DNA of 62,594 bases, filler included. It is 11 parts of 11 records of this genome, joined end to end, with 100 filler letters (N's around TTAATTAATTAA, not from the genome) between each part and the next. Parts side by side here need not be neighbours in the genome. Positions count along the whole stretch, not along the records: positions 5,178 to 11,748 come from SRR31156797_79098; positions 11,849 to 17,755 come from SRR31156797_79162; positions 17,856 to 23,255 come from SRR31156797_79384; 8 more parts are not named here. The stretch is one strand, 5' to 3'. Positions within the stretch are counted from its first letter, which is position 1; each line of letters starts with the position of its first letter. The notes below the pieces were generated by a model. It saw only the letters and a list, made by a program, of their open reading frames with translations, was not told the DNA's origin and searched no databases. The position numbers were made by a program, and so were the translations under genes. Below, piece by piece: positions 9,263 through 19,013 of this stretch.

Positions 9263-11563
9263 ATGAGAACCAATGCCTGCCTGCTGCTCTGTTGGTTGCT
9301 TGCGGCGACTGTCACTCCGGATGCCACGGCCCAGGCGGCGGAAAGGACGCCCCGGAGTCACCCGGTGGTGTTGGGCCCTTATGTGCGCTACGTGACGCCC
9401 TCCGAGGCGGTGGTCTCTTGGTGGACGTCTGAGGCCGGCCCGTCCATTCTGGAATACGGCTTGGCCGGCCCCGGTGCGAAGTACTCGCCCAGCATCCAGT
9501 TGCAGGGAGAGCACCGGGGGCAGCTCAACCACCGTCTGGAAGACGCTCAGCCCAAGACCCGTCACGCCGTGTCGATCGAAGGATTGCGGCCTAATGACGT
9601 CTACGCCTACCGCGTCACAGCAATTGCGGAGGTAGAGGAACGGAGCACGGACGTCTACGAGTTGGACACGGCCCTGAACTACAGCGTGTATCCGTTGCCA
9701 GCCAATGTCCCGTTCTCGACCGACCCAACGCGCCAGGCGCAGGTTGAAGGGGTCGTCAATGAGATGGTGAAGCAGGGTGTGACGAAGGGCTACTGCCTGG
9801 TGTGGGGGCTCGTCGACGGTTCGCTGGCCCATGCCCTGGCCGCTCGTACCGACTTAACCGTGGTGGGGCTCGACGAAGATGCCGATCGGGTGGCCGCGGT
9901 TCGCCGGCGCTTGTACCAGGGGAGCGTGTACGGAACACGCATCACCGCTCAGCACATCGAGAGCCTGGCGGACGTGTCCTATCCGAGCAATTTCGCCAAT
10001 CTCATTGTCTCCGAGCGAATGCTGTTCGAAGGGCGCTGTCCGGGCCCGGCGGCCGAGATGTTTCGTCTCCTGCGTCCGCGCGATGGGGCTGCGCTTCTGT
10101 GGGGTCCTTCGTCCGGCGTTGACGCGATCGAAACCTGGCTGAATACCGCACTGATCGATTTCCAAACTCAGTCGACTGCGATGGGGCCGTTCTGCATGGT
10201 TCAGAAGCAAGTGTCGCCTGGGGTGGGCTCCTGGACCCACCAGTATGGCGATGCGGGCAATACCGCCAACAGTCACGACGACCTGGGTGGGGCTGTCGGC
10301 ACGGACGATCTGCACGTGCAGTGGCTGGGCCGGCCCGGGGCCGATTTCGGAGCGGACCGCAACCCACGCATGCCGCCACCGCTGGCGGCCAATGGTCGGT
10401 TGTTTCATCAGGGCATGAACCGCATGGTGGCCCTCGACGCCTACAACGGCAGCATCCTGTGGTCGCTGGAGATTCCGGCCATGCAACGCGTCAACCTCCC
10501 GCGCGACGCCAGCAATTGGTGTACCGATAGCGACTCGCTCTATGTGGCCGTCAAAGACAAATGCTGGGCGATCGAACATTACGACGGTGGCCTCACACAC
10601 GTCTTTGATCTGCCCGATGGATTTGCGGCGCAGGACTACGATTGGGGCTGCGTGGCTCAGAACGATGGCATCCTGTTCGCCAGTGCCGTCCAGAAGGACA
10701 CGGCGTACACCGATTTCTGGGGCGGCGCGTCCTGGTACGACAAGACCAGCGGCTACGGAACGGAGAAGGTGTGCAGCGACGCGCTGTTTGCCTACGACCT
10801 GCGCACGAAACAACTGCTCTGGACCCGGCAGACCGGTCTCGTGATCAACACGACCGTGGGAGTGAGCGAAGAGGCCGTCTTCTTCGTTGAGTCACGCAAC
10901 GAACAACTGAAGGCATCAGCGGGCCGCCGACTCAACGACGCGCGTCTGTGGTCGGACCAGTATCTGGTGGCGCTGGATCGGCAGACGGGGCAGCCGCGTT
11001 GGGAGAAACCGATCGATACGGCTGACGGCATTGTCGTCTTCTTTCTCGCCTGTACCGACGAGGCCGTCGTCATCAGTTCCTCGGTGGCGGGGAACTACCA
11101 TCTGTACAGGTTCGATGCCCAGACCGGCGCCCAACAGTGGCACGCCGAGCATGCGTGGCCCAACGACAACCATGGTGGTCACATGCAGCATCCTGTGGTC
11201 CTGGCCGACCGAGTCTTTCTGGAGCCCTGCGGCTACGACCTCCGGACGGGGCAACGCGTCACCTCGTCCATGGGGCGACATGAGGGCTGCGCCACCTACT
11301 GCGGCACGAAGCATGCCCTGGTCTATCGCGGCCAGTCCCGTCGCGTGGCCATGTGGGACTTCGGCTCGGGCCGGATCACGAGCTGGTACAACCTCCGCCC
11401 CAGTTGCTGGCTCAGCACGGTCGCCGGGGAGGGGATGGTGCTTTCGCCCGAAGGGGGGGGAGGCTGTAGTTGCGGAAACTGGTTGGAAACCTCTTTGGCG
11501 TTCGCGCCGCGTGAGCCAGCGACTACGGCCCGTGCGGCATCGAATGCGATCTCACCCAAATGA
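9263..11563 (+). CDS. Secreted multidomain protein: purple-acid-phosphatase-N-like Fn3 domain, SAM-methyltransferase-like fold and PQQ-like beta-propeller
   Basis: Signal peptide; LGPYVRYVTPSEAVVSW...H.V.I.GL.P...Y.YRV; GYCLVWG...LTVVGLDED; WTHQYGDAGNT; repeated ALDxxxGxxxW blades; C-terminal RPSCW...GGGCSC. Alternative start at 9236. Confidence 0.75.
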   Translation: MRTNACLLLCWLLAATVTPDATAQAAERTPRSHPVVLGPYVRYVTPSEAVVSWWTSEAGPSILEYGLAGPGAKYSPSIQLQGEHRGQLNHRLEDAQPKTRHAVSIEGLRPNDVYAYRVTAIAEVEERSTDVYELDTALNYSVYPLPANVPFSTDPTRQAQVEGVVNEMVKQGVTKGYCLVWGLVDGSLAHALAARTDLTVVGLDEDADRVAAVRRRLYQGSVYGTRITAQHIESLADVSYPSNFANLIVSERMLFEGRCPGPAAEMFRLLRPRDGAALLWGPSSGVDAIETWLNTALIDFQTQSTAMGPFCMVQKQVSPGVGSWTHQYGDAGNTANSHDDLGGAVGTDDLHVQWLGRPGADFGADRNPRMPPPLAANGRLFHQGMNRMVALDAYNGSILWSLEIPAMQRVNLPRDASNWCTDSDSLYVAVKDKCWAIEHYDGGLTHVFDLPDGFAAQDYDWGCVAQNDGILFASAVQKDTAYTDFWGGASWYDKTSGYGTEKVCSDALFAYDLRTKQLLWTRQTGLVINTTVGVSEEAVFFVESRNEQLKASAGRRLNDARLWSDQYLVALDRQTGQPRWEKPIDTADGIVVFFLACTDEAVVISSSVAGNYHLYRFDAQTGAQQWHAEHAWPNDNHGGHMQHPVVLADRVFLEPCGYDLRTGQRVTSSMGRHEGCATYCGTKHALVYRGQSRRVAMWDFGSGRITSWYNLRPSCWLSTVAGEGMVLSPEGGGGCSCGNWLETSLAFAPREPATTARAASNAISPK

Positions 11564-11577
11564 CTGGAGCCGAGAAC

Positions 11578-11748
11578 ATGAATCGACCCCCGGCTATTGT
11601 CCTGTTGACGGCCGCCTGCATAGCAGGCCTGCTGCCGATCCCCGCCCTGGCCGAGGATTGGCCGACGTATCGCCACGACAACCGGCGCAGCGGTGTCACG
11701 AGCGAGTCGCTGGATATCCCCCTACGGAGGGCGTGGGAATACAACTCC
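11578..11748 (+). CDS. PQQ-like beta-propeller protein, N-terminus only (truncated)
   Basis: Signal peptide followed by AEDWPTYRHDNRRSG...L..PL...W, the typical N-terminus of this planctomycete family. Confidence 0.75.
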
Positions 11749-11848
11749 NNNNNNNNNNNNNNNNNNNNNNNNNNNNNNNNNNNNNNNNNNNNTTAATTAA
11801 TTAANNNNNNNNNNNNNNNNNNNNNNNNNNNNNNNNNNNNNNNNNNNN

Positions 11849-13684
11849 GGCGATTTCATCAATGGTCTTGATGATCTTGCCAATTTCCTCGCCGGCGGCC
11901 GAGATGTCTTTCATGGACTTTGTCATCTCTTCCATGGATGCGGAGGCTTTTCCAACAACCTGCCGGGCCTCGGCCATCAGTGTGTCGGCCTGTGATGCAT
12001 TATCCGAATTCTGCCTGGTCATTGAAGACATTTCTTCAAGGGAAGAACTTGTTTCCTCAAGAGAAGCAGCCTGTTCCGAAGAGCCTTCGGCAAGTTGCTG
12101 GCTGGCTTTTGAAACTTGAGAAGAAGCATCCGCGACCTGATCGGCGCCGCCCCCGATTCCAAAAGCAACCGAGGTGAGTTTTTTAATAAGGCCGCGACTT
12201 ATTAGCAGGGCAAGGCCCACCCCAAAGATAACGGCTGCCAGGCCGATGATCATAACATTGCGTTGCGTGCCCTGGGCGGATGACAGCATGATTTCATCAG
12301 TCACCATATTGCGTCTGGCTTCCTCCCGTATCCGCCCCAGAAGATCAAGCTCCTTTTTCATTGAAGGCATGGTCTTTGCCGCATAAATTTCCATGGCCCG
12401 CGCCAAATCTTTCTCGAGTTTCTCCTCAGCCGCCTGAGCCTCGGCAAAGTGCTTCTTAACACTGTCAAGGGCCGCATTGGTTTCATTGTGGTAGAGCCGA
12501 ATTGCATCTTCCATCCGAAGCTCAGTAACAGCGTTCTCAATATCAATCGCCGACTTATGGAGCCGGTTGTGAGGATCGACAATGGCGTCCATGGCTGCTT
12601 TAAATTCCGGGAAAACCGCCATTAACTTTTTCGTTTCAGGGTCGCTAAGAAAAAGGCCGAAGGCGCACTTGGTCGGATCAGTCTGAATCCCCAGGCTAAA
12701 AGGCCTGCCTGCCGCAAACTCATCCGCGCGCGCCAGCAACGACTTGTTATCCGGATCCAGAAATACGCCTGTTCCGACTATCCAGCCCCAGGGCTCGTAG
12801 AGTCTTACATATGATATTTTCGGAACATTCTCTTCAGTTCCCGGGTAAGGCCAGTAATAGGTCACAAATCCCTCGCCGTTTTCCTGACATACCTTGACCA
12901 TATCCACGAAGAGCCGCTTTCCATTCGGGTCTTTACTGCCGCTGATATCCTTGCCGTCCAGTTGGGGCTTGTATGGATGCATAACCATACGAGGATGAGT
13001 ATCGTTGATCCAGAGGTAGTCCTTGCCTTCCGGTCCGTATCTCATCTGTTTGACGATTTCCATGGCCCGGGCCTGCCGGGATTCCAGGTCCATACTCTTG
13101 TCGGCGTCCGCGGCCTTAATGGCTGAAAGGGCCAGATCAATAACCGTTTTGACCCGATTCTGATAGGAATACAATCCCGCGGATTCAGCCGCCAGACCTT
13201 TTCCCAGGTTGCCCGCCCACATCAGGTGATCGGACAGCTGGTCGTTAAGCGTGGTCGACAAGCCGGCGTGAGGCTGCCTGAAAACACTCTTTATTTCACC
13301 AGCCGAAGCGTGAAAATCAAGATGGGGCTGCATAACTTCCCTGAGCAGGGGTTCCAAGCTTGGAATAAAAGCTACTGCATTATTGAAACCGTCTCCATAC
13401 AGCCACTTGCCGAATGAGCATTCGCGGCCGTCGGTTATCATATCCAATTCGGTTACATTTACGTCGTTTAGAAGTGAATTTATTTTATTGCTCGCCTTTA
13501 AGTGGTTTAGCTCCACCTGCGCCATGTATCCGACAAATTCATTACCCTCTATAACATCCGAAGCGTTCCCGACAATTCTGCCCACGCCGAAATAGGATGC
13601 CAATCCGAGGAACACTAGCAGGATAAGGACGACGCCGAAACCGAGGCCGATCCTTTTTCCCACGGTCATGCTTTGCATTGCCAT
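11849..13684 (-). CDS. Methyl-accepting chemotaxis protein with periplasmic CZB-like and sCache domains, 3' truncated
   Basis: Two TM helices; signalling domain QAASLEETSSSLEEM...IGKIIKTIDEIA; CZB motifs CSFGKW/HLDFH; Cache motifs YLWIND...MVMHP...WGWIVGTG. Confidence 0.9.
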
Positions 13685-13955
13685 ATAAACCTCCTTGTTA
13701 ATCAGTTAAAAGCCAATTAATGGAGATCGGAATTGAAGCTAACGGCTATAGGGCGAGGATTGACCTGAGTTAAACCACATGAGGGGACAACTATCGACTG
13801 AGCATCCTATTGTATATTAATAATATGATAAAGCACTTAAGGGTTATATTCAAGTGGAGGAGAGTCGGGGCGCCTTGAGTCGTAAGGCCGGCCATAAACA
13901 AAATAAAAAGCTAAAGAAGCAAAAACGGTAAATAACAGAATTAAAACAGTTTGTT

Positions 13956-15221
13956 TCATGAATCCTTCTGTTCTTCTTCGTTGTTTTCCTCCTCATCCGG
14001 ATACCTTTCCCTGATAGATCTTATTTCATCCAGGCAGGAGAAAAATATTTCAATAAGACCAGGATCGAAATGGGACCCGCTGTCTTCCTCGAGAACGTTC
14101 AGGGCGTCGCTTTCCTGCCAGGCGGGCTTATAGGATCTTTTTGAGCAAAGCGCGTCATAAACATCGGCAATGGCCACGATTCTGCCGAACAGCGGAATTT
14201 CCTCGCCGATCTTGCCCCGGGCCCGTCCTTCCTCGTTTTCATGGCCGGGCAGGGGCTTGCCCGTTATATAATCCACATGACCGGGATAGCCTGCCCCATT
14301 CCACTTTTCATGGTGGTTAAGGGCCACGGTTTTGGCGGCGTCGTCAAATTCCGATTGGTTTTCCGAAAAAAGGGCGGCGCCCATAACCGTATGTTCCTTC
14401 ATGACCTCGAATTCTTCATAAGTTAAACGGGCGGGCTTTTTCAAAATCGCATCCGATATGCCCACCTTGCCAACGTCGTGAAGCATCGCGGCCATCCGAA
14501 ATACATCGCGGGTGGCGTCGATTTCTTCCCTGGGAATTCCTTTACGCCTGGCCCATTGTTCGTATATCTCCACGCAGTAAGATCCAACCCGGTTTACATG
14601 GGCGCCTGTTTCCTTGGGATCCCGCATTTCCGCCATTTTAATTGTTCTAAGGATCATATTACGGGTCATGCTGGCCCTTTCCAGGGCTACGGTGGCCACG
14701 CCGGCAAAATGAGACATCATTTTTTCATCTTCAGTTTTAAAGGCGGTGGTTTCCCCGCTGTCATCCTGGGCGTTAATTATCTGAAGCACGCCTAAAACGT
14801 TATCTCGGCTGGTGATGAGCGGAATTGTCAACATTGAAGTGGATTTATATCCATTATCGTCGTCAAAGCTTCTGTTGAAATTGTATGGAACATTTTCTCC
14901 GATTTCATAAACATTTTTTATGGAAAGAGATCTGGCGTTATGGGCTACATAACCGGCAATGCTGGTTTCGTCTATGGGCATTTTATAGACGCAATAAGGA
15001 AGTTTGGCGCCCCGGGGCAGCCTTTTCTGCAAGGTTGCATTTTGTGTATACCTGAATTCCAATACATCCATGTTTCTGATGTATATGGACCCGGCGTCGG
15101 CATTGACAAAACTGCGGGCCTCGCCCAGGATGCGCTCCATTAGTAAATCCAGGTCCGCAACTTTATTAAGTTCCACCCCCAGGTTGGCGAGGATTTCCAG
15201 TTTTTGAGCTTCTGTCAACAT
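13956..15221 (-). CDS. GAF + HD-GYP domain c-di-GMP phosphodiesterase
   Basis: GAF (SIAGYVA, SMLTIPL, GVLQIIN); ETGAHVNRV, LHDVGK, HHEKWNGAGYP, DVYDAL and HFDP. Confidence 0.9.
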   Translation of the reverse strand: MLTEAQKLEILANLGVELNKVADLDLLMERILGEARSFVNADAGSIYIRNMDVLEFRYTQNATLQKRLPRGAKLPYCVYKMPIDETSIAGYVAHNARSLSIKNVYEIGENVPYNFNRSFDDDNGYKSTSMLTIPLITSRDNVLGVLQIINAQDDSGETTAFKTEDEKMMSHFAGVATVALERASMTRNMILRTIKMAEMRDPKETGAHVNRVGSYCVEIYEQWARRKGIPREEIDATRDVFRMAAMLHDVGKVGISDAILKKPARLTYEEFEVMKEHTVMGAALFSENQSEFDDAAKTVALNHHEKWNGAGYPGHVDYITGKPLPGHENEEGRARGKIGEEIPLFGRIVAIADVYDALCSKRSYKPAWQESDALNVLEEDSGSHFDPGLIEIFFSCLDEIRSIRERYPDEEENNEEEQKDS

Positions 15222-15334
15222 TTGCCGCCCCTTAGCAGTTATTTTGTAAACCAGGCCTATTATTTTAGATTAATGACTAACAGCAATATTTGCAACCGCT
15301 CCGGATATTTCTCTTTTTTTTCAGCCGGGGTCAA

Positions 15335-16024
15335 TCAAGGCAAGAGCGACAATTGTTCCTCGCTTGCCGGTTCAATACACCTCGGGCCTTCATTTTTGAT
15401 ACTGTTAACAAAAGAACCAACCGGCCATGACTCCATTTTATCCGCGGGAAATGGAGATAGAAGACCGGCTATATCTTTATCACGATCTTCAAACGGCCCC
15501 AACCACAGATCGTAATCCGCAGGATCGATTATAACAGGCATACGGTCGTGCACGCTTTTTACCAGTTCATTAGCCGAAGTTGTCAGAATGGCGAATGATT
15601 CTACCGTTTCCCGATCGGTCTCCCGGCGTTCCCATATACCGGCCATGGCAAAAGGACCTCCTTGAACGACTTTAAAATAGTAAGGCTTTTTTTCTTTTTT
15701 ACCCGCCCATTCATAAAAACCGTCCGCGGGGACCAGGCCCCGACAATTTTGATACGCCTTTTTAAAAGCCGGTTTTTCGTGCACTGTTTCGGATCGGGCA
15801 TTGATCATGGGCTTGCGTATTTGATCTGTTTTAGGCCAGTGCTTCATCAGGCCCCATTTCATAAGTCTAAGCTCCCGCCTGGCGCCTTCTTCGGTCAAAC
15901 ACACCACGGCTGCGGTCTGACTGGGAGCGACATTATACTTCGGCGCCAGTTCAGGGACTTCGTCAAGTTTAAAATGACGGGCCAATTCTTCCGGCGGTGA
16001 AAACTGACCGAATCTACCGCACAT
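15335..16024 (-). CDS. SOS response-associated peptidase (SRAP/YedK/HMCES abasic-site protection protein)
   Basis: N-terminal MCGRF, YNVAPSQ, INARSET, DGFYEW and HDRMPVI. Confidence 0.92.
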   Translation of the reverse strand: MCGRFGQFSPPEELARHFKLDEVPELAPKYNVAPSQTAAVVCLTEEGARRELRLMKWGLMKHWPKTDQIRKPMINARSETVHEKPAFKKAYQNCRGLVPADGFYEWAGKKEKKPYYFKVVQGGPFAMAGIWERRETDRETVESFAILTTSANELVKSVHDRMPVIIDPADYDLWLGPFEDRDKDIAGLLSPFPADKMESWPVGSFVNSIKNEGPRCIEPASEEQLSLLP

Positions 16025-16072
16025 ATCCGCCTCCTGTTTTAATGCATGACGATAGTAAATATTACCAATAGT

Positions 16073-16765
16073 TTAAAGAATGATCATGGTTATCAAGGGA
16101 GTCACAACAGCCGTAGCCAGTCCATTCAAACCTATGGCCAGTCCGGAGGCGGCCCCCTCAAGGCGCCCTTCTTCCATGGCCCTGGCCGTACCGATTCCGT
16201 GGGAAGCCGCGCCCATGGCCAGGCCGAATGCTGTTTTATCGGTTATACCAATTATTTTGAGGAATGCGGGACCCGCGACCGCGCCCAGCACTCCGGCGGC
16301 TATAACCAGGGCAGCGGTAAGAGACGGGATGCCGCCGATTTTTTCGGCAATGCCAATGGCAATGGGCGTGGTTACCGACTTCGGCGCCAGCGATGCTGCG
16401 ACTTCGGTGGAGGCGCCCAGCAATACGGCCGTGCCCGCGGCCGTGACAACGCCGACGACCGAGGCGACAATGATCGAGATCAACACCGGCAGTCCCTGTC
16501 TTTTAATTTCCGCCAATTGTTCGTACAGAGGGACTCCCAGGGCGACTACAGCCGGCCCCAGGAAAAAGCTGATTATTTTTCCGCCCCTGTTGTAAGTATG
16601 GTAATCCAGGCCAATAAACTTGAGAAGACAGATCAGGACAACAATGGAAACCAAAACCGGGCTTAACAAAGGGAAAGGTTTGCGGGCGTATAATTGTTGG
16701 GCCAGGAAATAAGTTACAAATGTCACGGTTATGGCGAAAAGCGGAGAATTTACCAGTTCTTTCAT
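16073..16765 (-). CDS. LrgB/CidB family membrane protein
   Basis: LGPAVVALGVPLY, SLAPKSVTTPIA and GAASHGIGTARA; ATG overlaps the CidA stop. Confidence 0.9.
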   Translation of the reverse strand: MKELVNSPLFAITVTFVTYFLAQQLYARKPFPLLSPVLVSIVVLICLLKFIGLDYHTYNRGGKIISFFLGPAVVALGVPLYEQLAEIKRQGLPVLISIIVASVVGVVTAAGTAVLLGASTEVAASLAPKSVTTPIAIGIAEKIGGIPSLTAALVIAAGVLGAVAGPAFLKIIGITDKTAFGLAMGAASHGIGTARAMEEGRLEGAASGLAIGLNGLATAVVTPLITMIIL

Positions 16766-17097
16766 CTTTTTACCCATTTTTGCATGATCAGGCCCACAAC
16801 AGCAAGAACGGAAAAAGTGCTGATAATAAACCCAGCCCCCAGCGCCGGCCACTGTACCTTGATCAGGTCAAAATAAAGCATCAGGCCTACTCCAGGGGGC
16901 ACGAATAAAAAAGCAAGGTTTTTAAGTAAAACATCGGCGGCCGGTTTGACGCTTTCGAGCTTGACCCGGCCGGAGACAAGCACTGCCGTTAACAAAACCA
17001 TGCCCAAAACATTACCGGGTAATGGCAGCTTAAAAAGCCTGGTTACAGCTTCACCGCATAATTGAAAGAAAAAGATATAGGCCATGCCTTTTACCAA
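16762..17097 (-). CDS. CidA/LrgA family membrane protein
   Basis: PLPGNVLGM and LLKNLAFLFVPPGVG; TTG start with GGAGG RBS. Confidence 0.9.
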   Translation of the reverse strand: MVKGMAYIFFFQLCGEAVTRLFKLPLPGNVLGMVLLTAVLVSGRVKLESVKPAADVLLKNLAFLFVPPGVGLMLYFDLIKVQWPALGAGFIISTFSVLAVVGLIMQKWVKR

Positions 17098-17304
17098 TGC
17101 TTGTTCCTCCTTGAAAAATACAGGCGCAATTTAAATTACAGGCTGATTTATATTTAGTCAAATAAGGGCTTTTGCCGTACCTTCCAAATCCCCGTCCTGT
17201 CTTTAAAATATGTCGTTTGACCGTGGTAGTCCACTAGTGCTATAACATATTGTAAACATACGAATATCAAAGCAGAAACCTTAGTTGACAATGGAGGGTG
17301 TGAA

Positions 17305-17649
17305 ATGAGCGATAATGGAAAACTTTGCGTTATCTGGAGTTCATCGGACAGGGATGCGGCCCTGGGCATGGTTCTAATGTACACCAAGAATTCGAAATTG
17401 CGGGATTGGTGGGATGAAGTCCGTCTCCTGATTTGGGGGCCCTCGGGCAGGCTTTTGGAAGGAGACGAAGAGATTTTGGAGGAATTTGAAGGCGCCAAGG
17501 CGGCAGGAGTGGATCTGGTTGCTTGCAAGGCCTGTGCCGACAAGCTGGGAACCACCGAGCTTCTTGAATCCCGCGGAGTCGATGTTAAGTATACCGGCGT
17601 ACTGCTTACGGAGATGCTAAAAGAGGGTTGGAAGGTGTTGACCTTTTAA
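17305..17649 (+). CDS. DsrE family protein
   Basis: WWDEVRLLIWGPS and LVACKACAD; GGAGG RBS. Confidence 0.8.
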   Translation: MSDNGKLCVIWSSSDRDAALGMVLMYTKNSKLRDWWDEVRLLIWGPSGRLLEGDEEILEEFEGAKAAGVDLVACKACADKLGTTELLESRGVDVKYTGVLLTEMLKEGWKVLTF

Positions 17650-17855
17650 AGAATAGGGGCGATCAATATACTGATTTACAATTATTTTTATCATAACATA
17701 ACGGGAGCGCATTATCATAAATAGGGTCTGTCCATAAATGAGGAATTTTTTCCAANNNNNNNNNNNNNNNNNNNNNNNNNNNNNNNNNNNNNNNNNNNNT
17801 TAATTAATTAANNNNNNNNNNNNNNNNNNNNNNNNNNNNNNNNNNNNNNNNNNNN

Positions 17856-18041
17856 ACCACTAAATAGTGTTGCTAAAATAGTAATTAAAGCAGTCGCAGT
17901 TACAACTGCATCCATTGGAAGTCCAGCATCAGCAAGGATGAAACCATTTACTGGAACAATATACATCATCGTCAAAAATGTTGTAAATCCTGCACTAAGC
18001 TCGGTACTAACGGTAGTGTTATGTTCTTTTAACTTAAACAT
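17856..18041 (-). CDS. NCS2 (AzgA/PbuG-type) purine permease, N-terminus only
   Basis: [32 protein letters not shown]...LADAGLP. Confidence 0.85.
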
Positions 18042-18154
18042 AAGCGAGTCCTTCTTTTCGATTTTAAGGACAAATTATACTTAATCTAAGGTTTATTTAT
18101 ACTAAAAAAGTGTATAAAATATATAATTTATATACTAGAAAAGAGTAATTAATA

Positions 18155-19012
18155 ATGAATATAACTAACGAATGTGTCCAATGTATCGTAGGACAAATAG
18201 ATAAAGCAACTAAACTTTTAAATCTTGAAAAAAACTTATCAACCACTATTATGAAGGAAGTAAACTTTAGAGCAAAATCATTTTCTTTTAAAGAAACTCC
18301 ACCTTTTGTAGCAAAAGATGTATATGAATATTTAGGGAAAATGACAAACCTTAAAGATCCACTTGAAAATCTAAAACAAGAATCTATAAAAAAAGCAAGT
18401 GAATATATCCCTCATATTAAACAAAAATTAAAAAAAAGCGAAGACAAACTATTTACTTCAATTAAAGCTGCAGTTGCTGGTAATGTAATTGATTTTGCTA
18501 CTACAAGAGAGTTTTGTTTAGATGAAGAGATTGATAAAATATTTGATACAAACTTTGCAATTAATCATTATGAAGAGTTTAAAAAAAGATTAAAAGATAC
18601 AAACTATTTAATAATTCTTTCTGACAATGCAGGAGAAAATGTATTTGATAAAATATTGATTAAAACAATAAAAGAGATTTATCCACAGCTTGATATTTAT
18701 TATTCAACAAGAGGAAAACCAATTATTAATGACATAACAACAAAAGAAGCTTTACAAATTGGAATCGATGAATATTGTAGTGTAATAAGTACAGGAGTTG
18801 ATACTCCAGGTCTAGAAAAGAAACAAGCATCAAAAGAATTCTTAGAACTATTTGAAAATTGTGATTTGATTTTATCAAAAGGTATGGGAAATTTTGAGTG
18901 TTTGGAAAATACAAAAGATAATAGAATATTTTTCTTATTTAAAGTTAAATGTGATGTTGTAGCAAAACAAGTAAATGAAAAACTTGGTGAGATAATATTA
19001 AAAAGAGGATAG
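18155..19012 (+). CDS. Damage-control phosphatase, ARMT1/DUF89 family
   Basis: ECVQC, AGNVIDF, DNAGENVFD, PIINDIT, SKGMGNFECL and KVKC. Confidence 0.9.
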   Translation: MNITNECVQCIVGQIDKATKLLNLEKNLSTTIMKEVNFRAKSFSFKETPPFVAKDVYEYLGKMTNLKDPLENLKQESIKKASEYIPHIKQKLKKSEDKLFTSIKAAVAGNVIDFATTREFCLDEEIDKIFDTNFAINHYEEFKKRLKDTNYLIILSDNAGENVFDKILIKTIKEIYPQLDIYYSTRGKPIINDITTKEALQIGIDEYCSVISTGVDTPGLEKKQASKEFLELFENCDLILSKGMGNFECLENTKDNRIFFLFKVKCDVVAKQVNEKLGEIILKRG

Positions 19013-19013
19013 C

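Noticed and set aside
5601-10813. Long minus-strand ORFs (5601-6581, 7190-8314, 9854-10813)
   Set aside because: Antisense shadows of well-supported genes in high-GC DNA.
13685-13955. Possible sigma28 promoter upstream of the chemoreceptor
   Set aside because: Only weak -10-like matches, without a convincing TAAA -35 element.
16073-17097. CidA/LrgB plus SRAP as a prophage lysis module
   Set aside because: No phage genes nearby; CidA/LrgB pairs are common chromosomal transport/regulatory genes.
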